Origin: an uncultured Eubacteriales bacterium
Lineage (GTDB): Bacteria; Acidobacteriota; Aminicenantia; Aminicenantales; Aminicenantaceae
Length of the DNA: 64,000 nucleotides
NCBI GenBank assembly: GCA_964400735.1
Contig: CAYNVQ010000011.1
Location: forward strand, 58,673-122,672
Direction: 5' to 3'
Below are positions 19,890-29,172 of this stretch, piece after piece. Position 1 is the stretch's first letter. Each line of letters begins with the position of its first letter. The notes beneath the pieces were generated by a model. The model was not told the origin of the DNA, searched no databases, and worked only from the letters and a program-made list of their open reading frames with translations. Both the position numbers and the translations under genes were made by a program.

Positions 19890-19919
19890 ACCTTAATTCA
19901 TGGTTCGAAGAGATGTCAA
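19890..19919 (-). promoter_or_regulatory. Sigma70-type promoter
   Basis: TTGACA - 18 nt - TAAGGT upstream of GGAGGAGG RBS and ATG 19862. Confidence 0.5.
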
Positions 19920-20052
19920 TAAGAAAAAGAGAGTTATTGATTTCAGCCTTTGGGTCATATGAATTTGATGTAGAAGCGGATTCCTCTGCCGAAAATTATC
20001 CGTTCAGGCAAAGAAAGGCAATACCAAACTGAGAAATTCAACAAGCTGACTT

Positions 20053-20240
20053 TTTTCTGAAAATGCAAAAACGATCGAAGTTATCGCTACTTCCAAAGAT
20101 ATATACGCAGATACCGCAGATGCAGGGAGGTTAGCCCTGGTCCAGAAATCGGAGGCTGACTATCTCCTCACAGGGGATACGGAAATGCTCAGGTCAAAAA
20201 ATGCGGTTCGATAGAGATTTTGTCCCCCTCAGTTCTGAGA
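20053..20240 (+). pseudogene. Degraded PIN-domain toxin remnant
   Basis: FSENAKTIEV...D..D...ADYLLTGDTEML then, in another frame, GSIEILSP; resembles the PIN C-terminal ADYLVTGDKDLL...I.ILSP motif; no start. Confidence 0.5.
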
Positions 20241-20279
20241 AGCAACCGGAAAGCTTAAAAACATAAATAATTTGGCGGT

Positions 20280-20771
20280 TTATTTTTTCAGGATACCGGG
20301 AGATACGAGTCCGAGGGGATGATTGTCCGCCGTGTGGGTGGCTTCGATCAGGTATGTTCGGCTGCCGGCGCCGTAAAAAATGGTGTTGACGGTGGAAGGC
20401 CTGCAGTGGACGAACCGGAACCGTTCATTTTCCTTTTCATAAACCTGGATGGTGAGCCTTGCGTTCGGCTCGGCGGTTAAGACGAAACGAATTCCATCTT
20501 TTTCCAGCCTTTTGGCAGCCGGATTTCCATCCGTAACGTCGAAGGCTAAAATTTCGCAGATCCAGCTTTCCCTGAGGACTTCGGGGATCGGGGTGTTGAG
20601 CCTGTGGACGGCTTCCGAGGGTCCGCTTTCCAGCTGCCAGACGGTGAAACTCAGGTTCACGTAGTGGCGTTCCTTTAGACTTCCCGCCCATGAACCGAGA
20701 CCGATGAAAATGGCCATAACCATTGCGACCTGTATCTTTTTCATCCTGTCCTCCTGCTTCATGCGTTTCAT
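20280..20771 (-). CDS. Hypothetical exported protein; likely start 20744 (MKKIQ)
   Basis: GGAGG before ATG 20744; signal-peptide-like N terminus. Confidence 0.65.
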   Translation of the reverse strand: MKRMKQEDRMKKIQVAMVMAIFIGLGSWAGSLKERHYVNLSFTVWQLESGPSEAVHRLNTPIPEVLRESWICEILAFDVTDGNPAAKRLEKDGIRFVLTAEPNARLTIQVYEKENERFRFVHCRPSTVNTIFYGAGSRTYLIEATHTADNHPLGLVSPGILKK

Positions 20772-20915
20772 CTATCTATCTCCACTCTCTATACAAACCA
20801 GCCGCCGTTGTATTCCTCCCCTCCTGCGCAGCGAGGAGTGGATTCAACTGGTCTCCTGCCCTTGAAAAAATATAAGGTTTGTTTTCCTAAGGATTATGCG
20901 ATAATCTGGCTGTAA

Positions 20916-20939
20916 TGGAGACAGAATATTCTGTCTCCA
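20916..20939. repeat. Perfect 24-bp palindrome (REP-like)
   Basis: TGGAGACAGAAT|ATTCTGTCTCCA; weaker relative TTGGGGACAG..CTGCTCCTCAA at 20982-21008. Confidence 0.8.
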
Positions 20940-20981
20940 ATTTCCAGTCATACAAAGATGCTAGATGGGCCATAAAAAAAA

Positions 20982-21932
20982 TTGGGGACAGATTATCCTG
21001 CTCCTCAAATGAGAGAAATGAAGGAAAAAGTTCTCAGGCTAAACCTTTTTACCGGATTGGGCCTTCTTTTAGCTTCGACGGCTCTTCTCGTCCTCTCCGT
21101 TCCTTTTATGAAAGACTGGTTCTATACCTTCGCCTGGTGGTCGTTTATCTTGTTTCTCGACAGCCTCAATTTCCGAATCCATAGGAGGTCTCTTCTCTCC
21201 AGCTCGGTCAAGGAGTTTTTCCTTCTGACTTTTTTCTCGGTTTCATTCTGGTGTATTTTCGAGCTCTTCAACCTGAGGTTGGAGAATTGGAGCTACCACG
21301 GGCTGCCCACGCCTCTACCCGAGCGCTGGCTGGGCTATTTTCTTTCCTATGCGACGGTCATTCCGGCCCTGAAGGAGCTGGAAATTTTCTGGATGGGATT
21401 AATGGGAAAAAAACGGCTGGCCCTTTTTCCTCTAAAAGTGAGCAGTGGCTTTCTCACCGCTTTTTCTTTCTCTGGAGCGATCTGTTTGCTGCTATCCCTA
21501 GCCAGGCCGGACCTTTTCTTTCCTCTTGTCTGGCTGGGCTTCATTTTTCTTCTGGAGCCGGTCAATTTCTCTCAAGGCAACCCCTCTTTGCTGGCCGAGG
21601 CGGAAAAGGGAGAGTGGGGAAGGTTCTGGAGCCTTATTCTGGCCGGCCTTTTGGCGGGAATTCTCTGGGAATTCTGGAATTACTGGGCGGGGTCTCACTG
21701 GAAGTATTCCCTGCCATATTTCGATTTCGTCAGGGTCTTCCATGTGCCTATCCTTGGTTTCACGGGATTTCTGCCTTTCGCCCTGGAAACCTTCGCCGCC
21801 GCCTCTCTTTTTCTTTCTCTGGCCAGGAAATGGGGAAAGCAGAAAGTGGTTCAGATAGTTTTTTTTCCGGCCTGTTTGCTTTTCGACGGCTTCGTTTTTT
21901 TACTCATCGACTGGTTTACCTTCAGGCCCTAG
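20982..21932 (+). CDS. Hypothetical multi-pass membrane protein with internal duplication; start probably 21009 or 21018
   Basis: Two related halves (FELFN..ENWSY and WEFWNY..HWKY); about 8-9 hydrophobic segments. Confidence 0.75.
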   Translation: MGTDYPAPQMREMKEKVLRLNLFTGLGLLLASTALLVLSVPFMKDWFYTFAWWSFILFLDSLNFRIHRRSLLSSSVKEFFLLTFFSVSFWCIFELFNLRLENWSYHGLPTPLPERWLGYFLSYATVIPALKELEIFWMGLMGKKRLALFPLKVSSGFLTAFSFSGAICLLLSLARPDLFFPLVWLGFIFLLEPVNFSQGNPSLLAEAEKGEWGRFWSLILAGLLAGILWEFWNYWAGSHWKYSLPYFDFVRVFHVPILGFTGFLPFALETFAAASLFLSLARKWGKQKVVQIVFFPACLLFDGFVFLLIDWFTFRP

Positions 21933-22158
21933 CCTTCATTTTTTCTGTTTGTGTTGGCCAATTGGTGTTCGGTCGACAGGGCTTTTTCCGGGGGAATGAT
22001 CGCTAGAAAGGTCGCTGCCGCCATCTGAGGATTCCGAACCGGAGGGAAAGACATGCCTGATGGACAAAAATAAATAGAATCTTAGCCCGCACAAATTGGA
22101 AGAGAACCTGGTCTTCTTCGCCGAAATACAGAATACTGTCGGTGCGGTGTTCCTCCTT

Positions 22159-22545
22159 TTATCGCAGGGGTTTGATGTCGAGTATGGGGGTGCTGTCGAT
22201 CATGTCCAAACCCTTGACGGAAATGATGTTTTCCCTGACAGCCGTCACGGCCAGCACCGACATTCCGATGGGATTGGGCCGGAAGGGAGAACAGATGCTG
22301 AACACGCCTTTTTTAGGCCGGACCGGGTCTCCCCGGGGATGCTGAGTAAGGTCTCCGAGGGTAAAAGACCTGCTCCGGTGAAAGTGAAAGATGACGACGA
22401 TCCTCTCCCCCGGTCGAATATCTCTCATTCCCTGGATGTACCTCTTGTCGATGACCAATTCTCCCTCCACATCGGAGACGGTCCAGGAGTTGGGCACCTC
22501 GGTGACTTCGGTGTGCACCGTGCCGATGGGCTTGAGCTTAATCAT
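22159..22545 (-). CDS. TsaA/TrmO-like SAM-binding beta-barrel protein
   Basis: LKPIG, GVFSICSPFRPNPIGMS, GLDMIDSTPILDIKP. Confidence 0.9.
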   Translation of the reverse strand: MIKLKPIGTVHTEVTEVPNSWTVSDVEGELVIDKRYIQGMRDIRPGERIVVIFHFHRSRSFTLGDLTQHPRGDPVRPKKGVFSICSPFRPNPIGMSVLAVTAVRENIISVKGLDMIDSTPILDIKPLR

Positions 22546-23275
22546 GGATGCAGGCCAAAATTTTCAACAGATATTCGGGGCCGGGCCGATCGAAGGTATT
22601 CTGGCTGATGTATTTGAACCGGAGGAGGCCTTTTCCGTCGATGATGTAAACGGTCGGGACGTTTTGTTCGATCTGGCTCCCTCCCCATTCCGTGGTGAAA
22701 AGGCCCAAGCCTTTTGAGACAGCCGCATCCGCATCGATCAGGATGGGTATTGGAAGAGGAACTTTTCCCTTTTCGAATGTATAGCTTTTTGGAAGATACC
22801 GCCTGATCATTTCCATGCGTCTCTTTCCCCTTTCATCGAGCTTTTCGGGCTCGGCCGGATTTTTCCAGTTTTCGATATCCGCCATTTGATCGGCGAATTT
22901 ATCCACCCATTCTTGGACCATGTCCTCAGGATAGGGGAGGACGAACAGGATCTCCAGGTTGTGCTTTTTGCGGACACTCTGGTTGATTTCCAGCTCCGCC
23001 AGCTCGGCATACTGGTAGTTGCACACATGGCACCAGTGGTCTTTTCCGGCCAGTCCCCTGGGAAAAATAAGCAGGACATTCTTTCCTTTGAGCTTGGAAA
23101 GTCCGATTTCTCCGCCCTGGTATACCGGAAGGGTGAAATCCGGCATGGGCTGCAGAACGGAGACCGGCTGGATTTGAGCCGGAACGGATACTTCGATCAG
23201 GATCAGACAGGTGAAGACCAAAACCGTGAGAAATATCCTAACTGACGATTTCATATTCGCCTCCTGATATGACAA
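22538..23275 (-). CDS. Exported redoxin (AhpC/TSA-like); likely start 23254
   Basis: PDFTLP, LKGKNVLLIF, WCHVC, PTVYIIDGKG. Confidence 0.85.
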   Translation of the reverse strand: MSYQEANMKSSVRIFLTVLVFTCLILIEVSVPAQIQPVSVLQPMPDFTLPVYQGGEIGLSKLKGKNVLLIFPRGLAGKDHWCHVCNYQYAELAELEINQSVRKKHNLEILFVLPYPEDMVQEWVDKFADQMADIENWKNPAEPEKLDERGKRRMEMIRRYLPKSYTFEKGKVPLPIPILIDADAAVSKGLGLFTTEWGGSQIEQNVPTVYIIDGKGLLRFKYISQNTFDRPGPEYLLKILACIHD

Positions 23276-23349
23276 CTGAATTTTGCCAAAGACAGCCTAT
23301 CTTGGCAGAAGATCTGCCCGTATCAATCGTTCTCATTTCCGAGACTTAT

Positions 23350-25953
23350 CTATCTTTTTCTACCGGACATCTCCTGTTCGCGGTTGAGCTCTTCGATGTC
23401 CACATCCTGGGAATAATCCCCGATCAAATGCTTGCAGAAGTAGTCGGACCGCAGCCAGAAGAAGTATTCGTTCATATCGCCGTATCCGTGACGCTGGCCT
23501 GGGAAAAGGAAAAAATCGAAACGTTTGTTGGCCTTGATCAGGGCGTTTGCCAGACGGATGGTGTTGGCCGGATGGACATTGTTATCGATGTCTCCTGTAC
23601 AAATCAGCAAGTGCCCCTTCAGGTTTTTCGCCACCTCGGAGTTCTTTTCGATGTCGTATTCGAAGGTAATATTCCCTTCATCATCCACGATCTCTTTGAC
23701 GCCGTGGTGTTTTTCGCTCCACCAGCGGTTGTAGACGTTGTTCTCGTGATTGCCGGACGAAGATACCGCGACCTTGAAGAAATCAGGATAAACGAGCATG
23801 GCGGCAGTGGACATGAATCCGCCCCCGGAATGGCCGAAGATGCCGACTTTATCCAGGTCGATATAGGGATGGCGGGCCGCCAGTTGTTCGATGACGGCCT
23901 TTTTATCGGCCAGCCCGTAATCCCGAAGGTTTCCGTAGCCGTAATTGTGGTACCACTTGGAGCGGCTAGGGTGGCCTCCCCGGTTGCCTACGGTGATGAC
24001 GATGAATCCGAATTGGGCCTGTCGCCAGGTGCGGTCTCCTCTGGTGGAAAAGGATTTATCGACGGCTTCTGTCTGGGGGCCGGGGTACACATAGGCGATG
24101 ATCGGGTATTTTTTCGTTTCATCGAAATCGAAAGGCTTGTACATGACGCCGTAGAGGTCGGTTTTTCCGTCATCAGCTTTGACCTTGAAGGTCTCAGGGA
24201 ATTGGAACCCAATCTCGAAGAGAAGGGATAAATCCGGAGATTCCATCTGCAGGATAACATTGCCGCGGTTATCCCTCAGGGCGGCCTGGGGGAGGGTGTC
24301 CACCCGGGAGTAGTTATCGACGAAGTAGAGATTGGCGTCATCGCCGGAAATCCTGTGGTTGAAGTTATCTTTGTTCAATATCTGAAAGCCGGTTCCATCC
24401 AGATTGACGCGGTAGAGGTGCTCGTAATAGGGATCCTCCTCCTCCCGGCCGTTGGCCGTGAAATAGAGCACCCGGTTTATCTCGTCGATACCTTCGATGT
24501 TTTCACAATGAAAGGGGCCGGAAGTGAGCTGTCTTTTGAGGTTGCCGTCTCCGTCGTAAAGGTAAAAATGGCCCCATCCGTCCCGCTCCGACCAGTGGAT
24601 GAGCTCTTTTCCGTTGGCGATAAATCCCAGGGGGCGGGTTTCCACGTAGGTGTTCAGGCGCTCCTCGATCAGGACTTTCACTTCGCCGGTGGCCGAGTCC
24701 GCGTAACAGATATCGATCCGCTTCAGGTCGCGACTGGTACGGGAAAAATAAACCCTGTCGGGTGTTTCCGAAAGCCACAAGGGAGGCCGGTAATCGTCGT
24801 CGCGGGTTTTGGCCGGATAGCGGGCTATCATGATGCGAATGGTCTGGTCTTTGAACCTGTCGGCATCGACCTTGAGCTTGTTTTTCGTTTCCAGGTCGAA
24901 GATCAAAAGCTCTTCCTGGGGGGCTTCCTTTTCGCCGGGCATGTGGTATTTGTAGGTCTCCAGTGTCGGCCTTGGTTCGGCGATGGAGTTTATCACCCAG
25001 AGGTCCTTGACTTCCCGGGAGTCGTCACGGGTCATGGCGAATTTTTTGGAGTCGTGGGACCAGATGATAAAGGCCGGTTTTCGCTTGTCCTTGTTTTTTT
25101 CCTTATCGACATTGGTCTCACCTCTGCCGCTGAAGCCGTGATAGCTGTAGTACTCTTCCCCGTCTGTGGTCAGTTGGTGCTCCTCGATGGACTCGTCTTT
25201 GGGGTTGTGCTGCCACTTCTCATAGTTTTCCTTGTCCATGTAGTAGAGGTTATAGTGACGGCCGAACACGATCGTCTCTCCATCGGGAGAAATACTCGCC
25301 CAGCGGGGGCGTTCGGGTTCATCCACGAAATCCTCGAGGAGGGTCAGTTTTCCGGCAGCCAGCTCGTATTCGAAATGATGGTACTTTTGGGCCTCTTCTT
25401 TGGCCTTTTCGACCGCGCTTTTTTCTTCTTCCCCTTCCTTTTCCTTTTTCCCTCTCTCCTCCTCTTTCTTCACTTCCTCTTTTTTTTCGACGTCCTTTTT
25501 CTGTTCTTTTTCTTTACGCTTTTCTTCCCGTTTTTCGGCTTCGAGAACGTCCTTGTTTTTTTCCACTTTGAAATAGATGGCGGTGTCGTTTTTGATGAAT
25601 TCGATGGTATTTATGGGCAGATGCTGGGCATCGTAAGGGTCTTTGGTAAACCGCGTCAGCATGGCGGCCATTTTGACATTGTCGAAGATGGGGCGCTTTT
25701 GTTTGCTGGCTGGGTCGACGATGAAAAAGGATTTCCCATCGCTCGTTTCATAGATATACCAGAATCGGTCGCTGTGCTTGAGCCAGTGGGCATCCACATA
25801 GGTGCTGAACACCATCCTTTTCATTTTATTGGGAGTGAAACGGGCTGGCAGCTCGTAGTTGGCCTTAGTGACGGGCGTTTTTTCTGCTCCGAAGCCGATG
25901 GTCGCCCCTAGGAAAAAAACGATAAGAACGAAAGAATAAATTTTTTTGTTCAC
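23350..25953 (-). CDS. S9 family peptidase (DPP IV-like)
   Basis: DPP IV N-terminal propeller; GHSGGG nucleophile elbow, DNNVH, H in GQRHG. Confidence 0.95.
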   Translation of the reverse strand: MNKKIYSFVLIVFFLGATIGFGAEKTPVTKANYELPARFTPNKMKRMVFSTYVDAHWLKHSDRFWYIYETSDGKSFFIVDPASKQKRPIFDNVKMAAMLTRFTKDPYDAQHLPINTIEFIKNDTAIYFKVEKNKDVLEAEKREEKRKEKEQKKDVEKKEEVKKEEERGKKEKEGEEEKSAVEKAKEEAQKYHHFEYELAAGKLTLLEDFVDEPERPRWASISPDGETIVFGRHYNLYYMDKENYEKWQHNPKDESIEEHQLTTDGEEYYSYHGFSGRGETNVDKEKNKDKRKPAFIIWSHDSKKFAMTRDDSREVKDLWVINSIAEPRPTLETYKYHMPGEKEAPQEELLIFDLETKNKLKVDADRFKDQTIRIMIARYPAKTRDDDYRPPLWLSETPDRVYFSRTSRDLKRIDICYADSATGEVKVLIEERLNTYVETRPLGFIANGKELIHWSERDGWGHFYLYDGDGNLKRQLTSGPFHCENIEGIDEINRVLYFTANGREEEDPYYEHLYRVNLDGTGFQILNKDNFNHRISGDDANLYFVDNYSRVDTLPQAALRDNRGNVILQMESPDLSLLFEIGFQFPETFKVKADDGKTDLYGVMYKPFDFDETKKYPIIAYVYPGPQTEAVDKSFSTRGDRTWRQAQFGFIVITVGNRGGHPSRSKWYHNYGYGNLRDYGLADKKAVIEQLAARHPYIDLDKVGIFGHSGGGFMSTAAMLVYPDFFKVAVSSSGNHENNVYNRWWSEKHHGVKEIVDDEGNITFEYDIEKNSEVAKNLKGHLLICTGDIDNNVHPANTIRLANALIKANKRFDFFLFPGQRHGYGDMNEYFFWLRSDYFCKHLIGDYSQDVDIEELNREQEMSGRKR

Positions 25954-26107
25954 TTAAATATCCTCCCTTTTTGGATTCTTGAATGTATAGAGAACCTTCT
26001 GCAGGTGAAGGGATGAAGAAACACGAATCGGCAACATTCGAATAGGCGCATTGAAAAGAAAAAGATTATACTTGTCTTGATGGATGAACGCAACTTGTAT
26101 TCGATGA

Positions 26108-26497
26108 AAATATCATATCGAACAGTTCAGACAAGAATCCCCTTTTTCCAAAGATCAAACACAAGATGTGATCGAACAGTTGAAAAAAGCTTCGTGGGAT
26201 CATAGGTTCAGAGAAACACTCCCCTTTTATCTGAAAATTCTGGTTGATGAAGAAGGAAATCTTCTTGTTATCAGGAGAACGGATTGCCAGGGAGAGGACT
26301 GCCCGACATGTGTTCAGGTCTACTCGCCTGACGGGAAATATGTTTGCGAGACGGGATTGGAAGGAGGGCCTTTTAACCTGACTGTCGATTCCCGGATCAA
26401 AAATATGTGTTTCATCAGCCGTTGGCTTACAGCCATGGTCGAGGTGAAAGATGCCGTGGAATTCGAAATCCGTGTGATCAAGGTGGCTTTTAGATAG
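26108..26497 (+). pseudogene. C-terminal fragment of a 6-bladed beta-propeller protein
   Basis: LPFYLKILVDEEGNLLV...VYSPDGKY; in-frame stop at 26105, no signal peptide or N-terminal part. Confidence 0.55.
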
Positions 26498-26585
26498 ACG
26501 GCTTTTTATGGTCCCTTGTTGCCGTCCTGGTTAGCCGGTCCGTCCTTGCTCAAGAACTGGGCTTTTCCCTCGGATGAACTCTTGA

Positions 26586-26669
26586 TGGGGACGTCTGGTT
26601 TGGAGACACCCTATATTATAGAAGTGTTTTTTTTCAAAAAATAGAGTGTTCCTAGGTGGGATGTCCTCT
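26586..26669. repeat. Imperfect nested hairpin (GGGGAC/GGAGAC type)
   Basis: GGGGACGTC/GATGTCCTC outer and GGAGACACCCTAT/ATAGAGTGTTCC inner arms. Confidence 0.45.
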
Positions 26670-26677
26670 TATTGTTA

Positions 26678-26800
26678 CCCTCGCGGAACGATTCGAGGAG
26701 ACTGGGTTAGGCTGGGCCGGAACCCTCCAGTGTTGTTCAAACCTTTCCTAGTGCTCTGTTCAGCATCGGCTTATTTTTCATCGCGGTTTTTCGGATTCTT
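26678..26800 (-). mobile_element. Diverged inverted copy of the left part of the adjacent MITE
   Basis: 26678-26762 matches the reverse complement of 26891-26975 at 64/85 ungapped; weaker similarity continues to about 26800. Confidence 0.75.
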
Positions 26801-26818
26801 ATAAAAAGGGACAGATGA

Positions 26819-26846
26819 TTGACAAAAAGTTAAATTCCGATAGACT
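26819..26846 (+). promoter_or_regulatory. Sigma70-type promoter of the DUF885 gene, separated from it by a MITE
   Basis: TTGACA - 16 nt - TAGACT. Confidence 0.6.
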
Positions 26847-26849
26847 AAA

Positions 26850-27192
26850 GGAAGCGTTTCCAGAACCGTGACGACATATTTGCCACACTTTGAACAGAGC
26901 ATTAGGAAGGGATTGAGCGACATCGGAGGACCCCGACCCAACCTACCCCAGCCTTCCCGAACTGCTCTTCGAGGGAATCTGACGCAGTCAGACGGGGATG
27001 ATGTATTGAGCATGACTACACAGAAGGGGTGGGGATCAGGATTAACATGGCTGAGGTTCCAGTGGCTCAGATCGGCGTGCGAGTTCCACAGCCGCCGAAA
27101 AGAGCAGTGAGGAAATGGCGTATAAAATCCGACTGGAGAGAAAGCACTTCCTAATGCTCTGGATCTTCGATCACGGTTTTGGAAACGCTTCC
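26850..27192. mobile_element. MITE (343 bp, non-autonomous)
   Basis: 22-bp terminal inverted repeats GGAAGCGTTTCCA(G/A)AACCGTGA (21/22); 9-bp direct repeat TAGACTAAA on both flanks (26841-26849, 27193-27201); inner perfect 15-bp IR (26895-26909/27147-27161). Confidence 0.88.
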
Positions 27193-27231
27193 TAGACTAA
27201 AAGGCAGGGCCATGGAGAGGAGGCTAGTTGG

Positions 27232-28890
27232 ATGCTAAACAGAAATCGTCTAGTCGTTTTATTCTTGGGAATCGGATTGTTGGCGTTTTTTAGCTGTTCA
27301 CCGGGCGAAAAGGAGGTAGCAGCGGCCGGCAGCGGCTCGTATGAGGACCTAGTCGAGCTGTTCAGGAAATGGCGGGAATTCCAGAAACCCGTTATCGTTG
27401 ACGCTGTCCCCGATTATACAGCAGAGGCGATGGCCAAGCAGCATCTCGAGCTGAAGGAATATCAAGCCAGGCTGCAGGCCATCGATCCCAGTTCTTGGCC
27501 CATCTCCCAGCAGGTGGACTATCACCTCGTACGGGCCGAAATGAACGGACTGGATTTCGACCACCGTGTGCTACGGCCCTGGTCGCGGAATCCCTGTTTC
27601 TATGCAGTTTATTATACATCGCCGTCCGATGTCCCGGCTTTGGAAGGTCCCTGGCGGTACGGGACCCTGTGTTTATGGAAGTACTCTTTTCCTCTGCCAG
27701 CCGAACAACTGAATGATTTCAAGATGCATATTCAGGCCGTCCCCAAGGTGCTGGAGCAAGCCAAGGGAAATCTCATCGAGGATGCTGGAGATCTCTGGTA
27801 TTTGGGCGTGAGACAGAAAAAGGAAGAGAGTGGGTACCTGAAAAATCTGGCGCTGCGCCTCGGTCAGCACCATCCTGATCTCGTTCCCGACATCGAGCGG
27901 GCCAAGGAAGCCGTGGATGAATTTTGTTCCTGGTTGGAAGAAAAACAGAAAGACATGGCCGCCCCTTCCGGTATTGGTGTGGAAAATTACAACTGGTACA
28001 TGAAAAACGTCCATCTCTGGCCCTACACCTGGGAGGAACAGTTGGTAATAATGAACAGGGAGCTGGGGCGTTCCATCGCCTCCCTGAAACTGGAAGAAAA
28101 TCGGAACCGCTCCCTTCCTCCGCTCGAACCTCCGGAGAACAGAGAAGAGTATCAGCGGCGTTTCGACGAAGCGGTGGAGCATTTCATGAAATTCATGCGG
28201 GAAAACGTGATGACGCTTCCCGACTACATGGATGATACCCTCAAGCGCACCGTTGGATTTATCCCGCCCGATGGTCTCCGGGATTTTTTTACCCAGGTCG
28301 ATTATCATGATCCTCTTCCTTTGAGATGTCACGGTACCCACTGGTTCGACCTGGCCCGAATGGAAAACGAACCCCATCCCAGCCCGATCCGCCGGGTTCC
28401 CCTGTTGTACAACATCTGGGATTCTCGGGCTGAGGGATTGGCCACAGGGATGGAAGAGATGGCCATGCATGCGGGATTGCTGGATGAGCGGCCCCGAGTC
28501 CGGGAGCTTATCTGGATCATGCTGGCCTGTCGTTGTGCCCGGGGAATGGGCGATCTGAAAATGCACAACAACGAGTTTACCTTGGAGGAAGCTGTCGATT
28601 TCGGTGTGAAATGGACGCCGCGCGGCTGGATGCCTAGGGAAGGGAATACGATCTGGGCGGATGAAGACCTCTATCTTCAGCAGCCCGGATACGGCACGAG
28701 CTACGTCGTGGGCAAGGTCCATTTGGAAAAACTGATAGCCGATTATTCCCGGCTAAAGGGAGAAGATTTCAATTTGAAGGAATTTTTCGATGAATTTCAC
28801 ACCTATGGCATGATTCCGCTTTCGCTCATCCGCTGGGAGATGACCGGCCTCGACGATGAGATTAAAAAACTACTAGGGGACGCTCCTTGA
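27232..28890 (+). CDS. DUF885 family lipoprotein
   Basis: Lipobox-like FFSC; RAEGLA..EE, YLQQPGYGTSYVVGK, FNLKEFFD motifs; GGAGG RBS. Confidence 0.85.
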   Translation: MLNRNRLVVLFLGIGLLAFFSCSPGEKEVAAAGSGSYEDLVELFRKWREFQKPVIVDAVPDYTAEAMAKQHLELKEYQARLQAIDPSSWPISQQVDYHLVRAEMNGLDFDHRVLRPWSRNPCFYAVYYTSPSDVPALEGPWRYGTLCLWKYSFPLPAEQLNDFKMHIQAVPKVLEQAKGNLIEDAGDLWYLGVRQKKEESGYLKNLALRLGQHHPDLVPDIERAKEAVDEFCSWLEEKQKDMAAPSGIGVENYNWYMKNVHLWPYTWEEQLVIMNRELGRSIASLKLEENRNRSLPPLEPPENREEYQRRFDEAVEHFMKFMRENVMTLPDYMDDTLKRTVGFIPPDGLRDFFTQVDYHDPLPLRCHGTHWFDLARMENEPHPSPIRRVPLLYNIWDSRAEGLATGMEEMAMHAGLLDERPRVRELIWIMLACRCARGMGDLKMHNNEFTLEEAVDFGVKWTPRGWMPREGNTIWADEDLYLQQPGYGTSYVVGKVHLEKLIADYSRLKGEDFNLKEFFDEFHTYGMIPLSLIRWEMTGLDDEIKKLLGDAP

Positions 28891-29118
28891 GGTACCACCC
28901 TAGCTTAGGTACTGTCTATCCAGCTAATATTTGGCCCTAAAATATTTTTGGATAAATTGGCTTCGAAGAGAATGTGGATCCTCATTTTCGGAAAAGAGGA
29001 TGGTAAAAAAAGACCCGCTACCACATATCGGGATCATGCTCTTTAAGATAATCGGGAGGTCCCTCAAGGAACTTTCACCTATTGCCCAATAGGGTGGTAC
29101 CTGAAGGAGCGTCCCCTA
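28874..29118. mobile_element. MITE/REPIN-like element (about 245 bp)
   Basis: 29-bp IR TAGGGGACGCTCCTT(G/C)AGGTACCACCCTA (28874-28902 / 29090-29118, 28/29); possible TA duplication; internal hairpins. Confidence 0.8.
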
Positions 29119-29172
29119 ACCGATGTCCACAAGTCGAGGCCGTACTCCTCCTTTCCAGGCTAGAGGTGAGAG

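Noticed and set aside
25390-25565. Lys/Glu low-complexity tract in the S9 peptidase
   Set aside because: Charged flexible insert, common in this family; no frame disruption
23269-25911. 320-aa and 518-aa plus-strand ORFs
   Set aside because: Antisense shadows of the S9 peptidase
26771-27110. Two 80-aa ORFs across the MITE
   Set aside because: No recognisable motif or RBS; they overlap repeat DNA
26850-27192. Housekeeping ncRNA (RNase P, tmRNA, SRP) suggested by size, end pairing and promoter
   Set aside because: Lacks their conserved motifs (e.g. GAGGAAAGUCC, tRNA-like ends); the 9-bp flanking duplication favours a MITE
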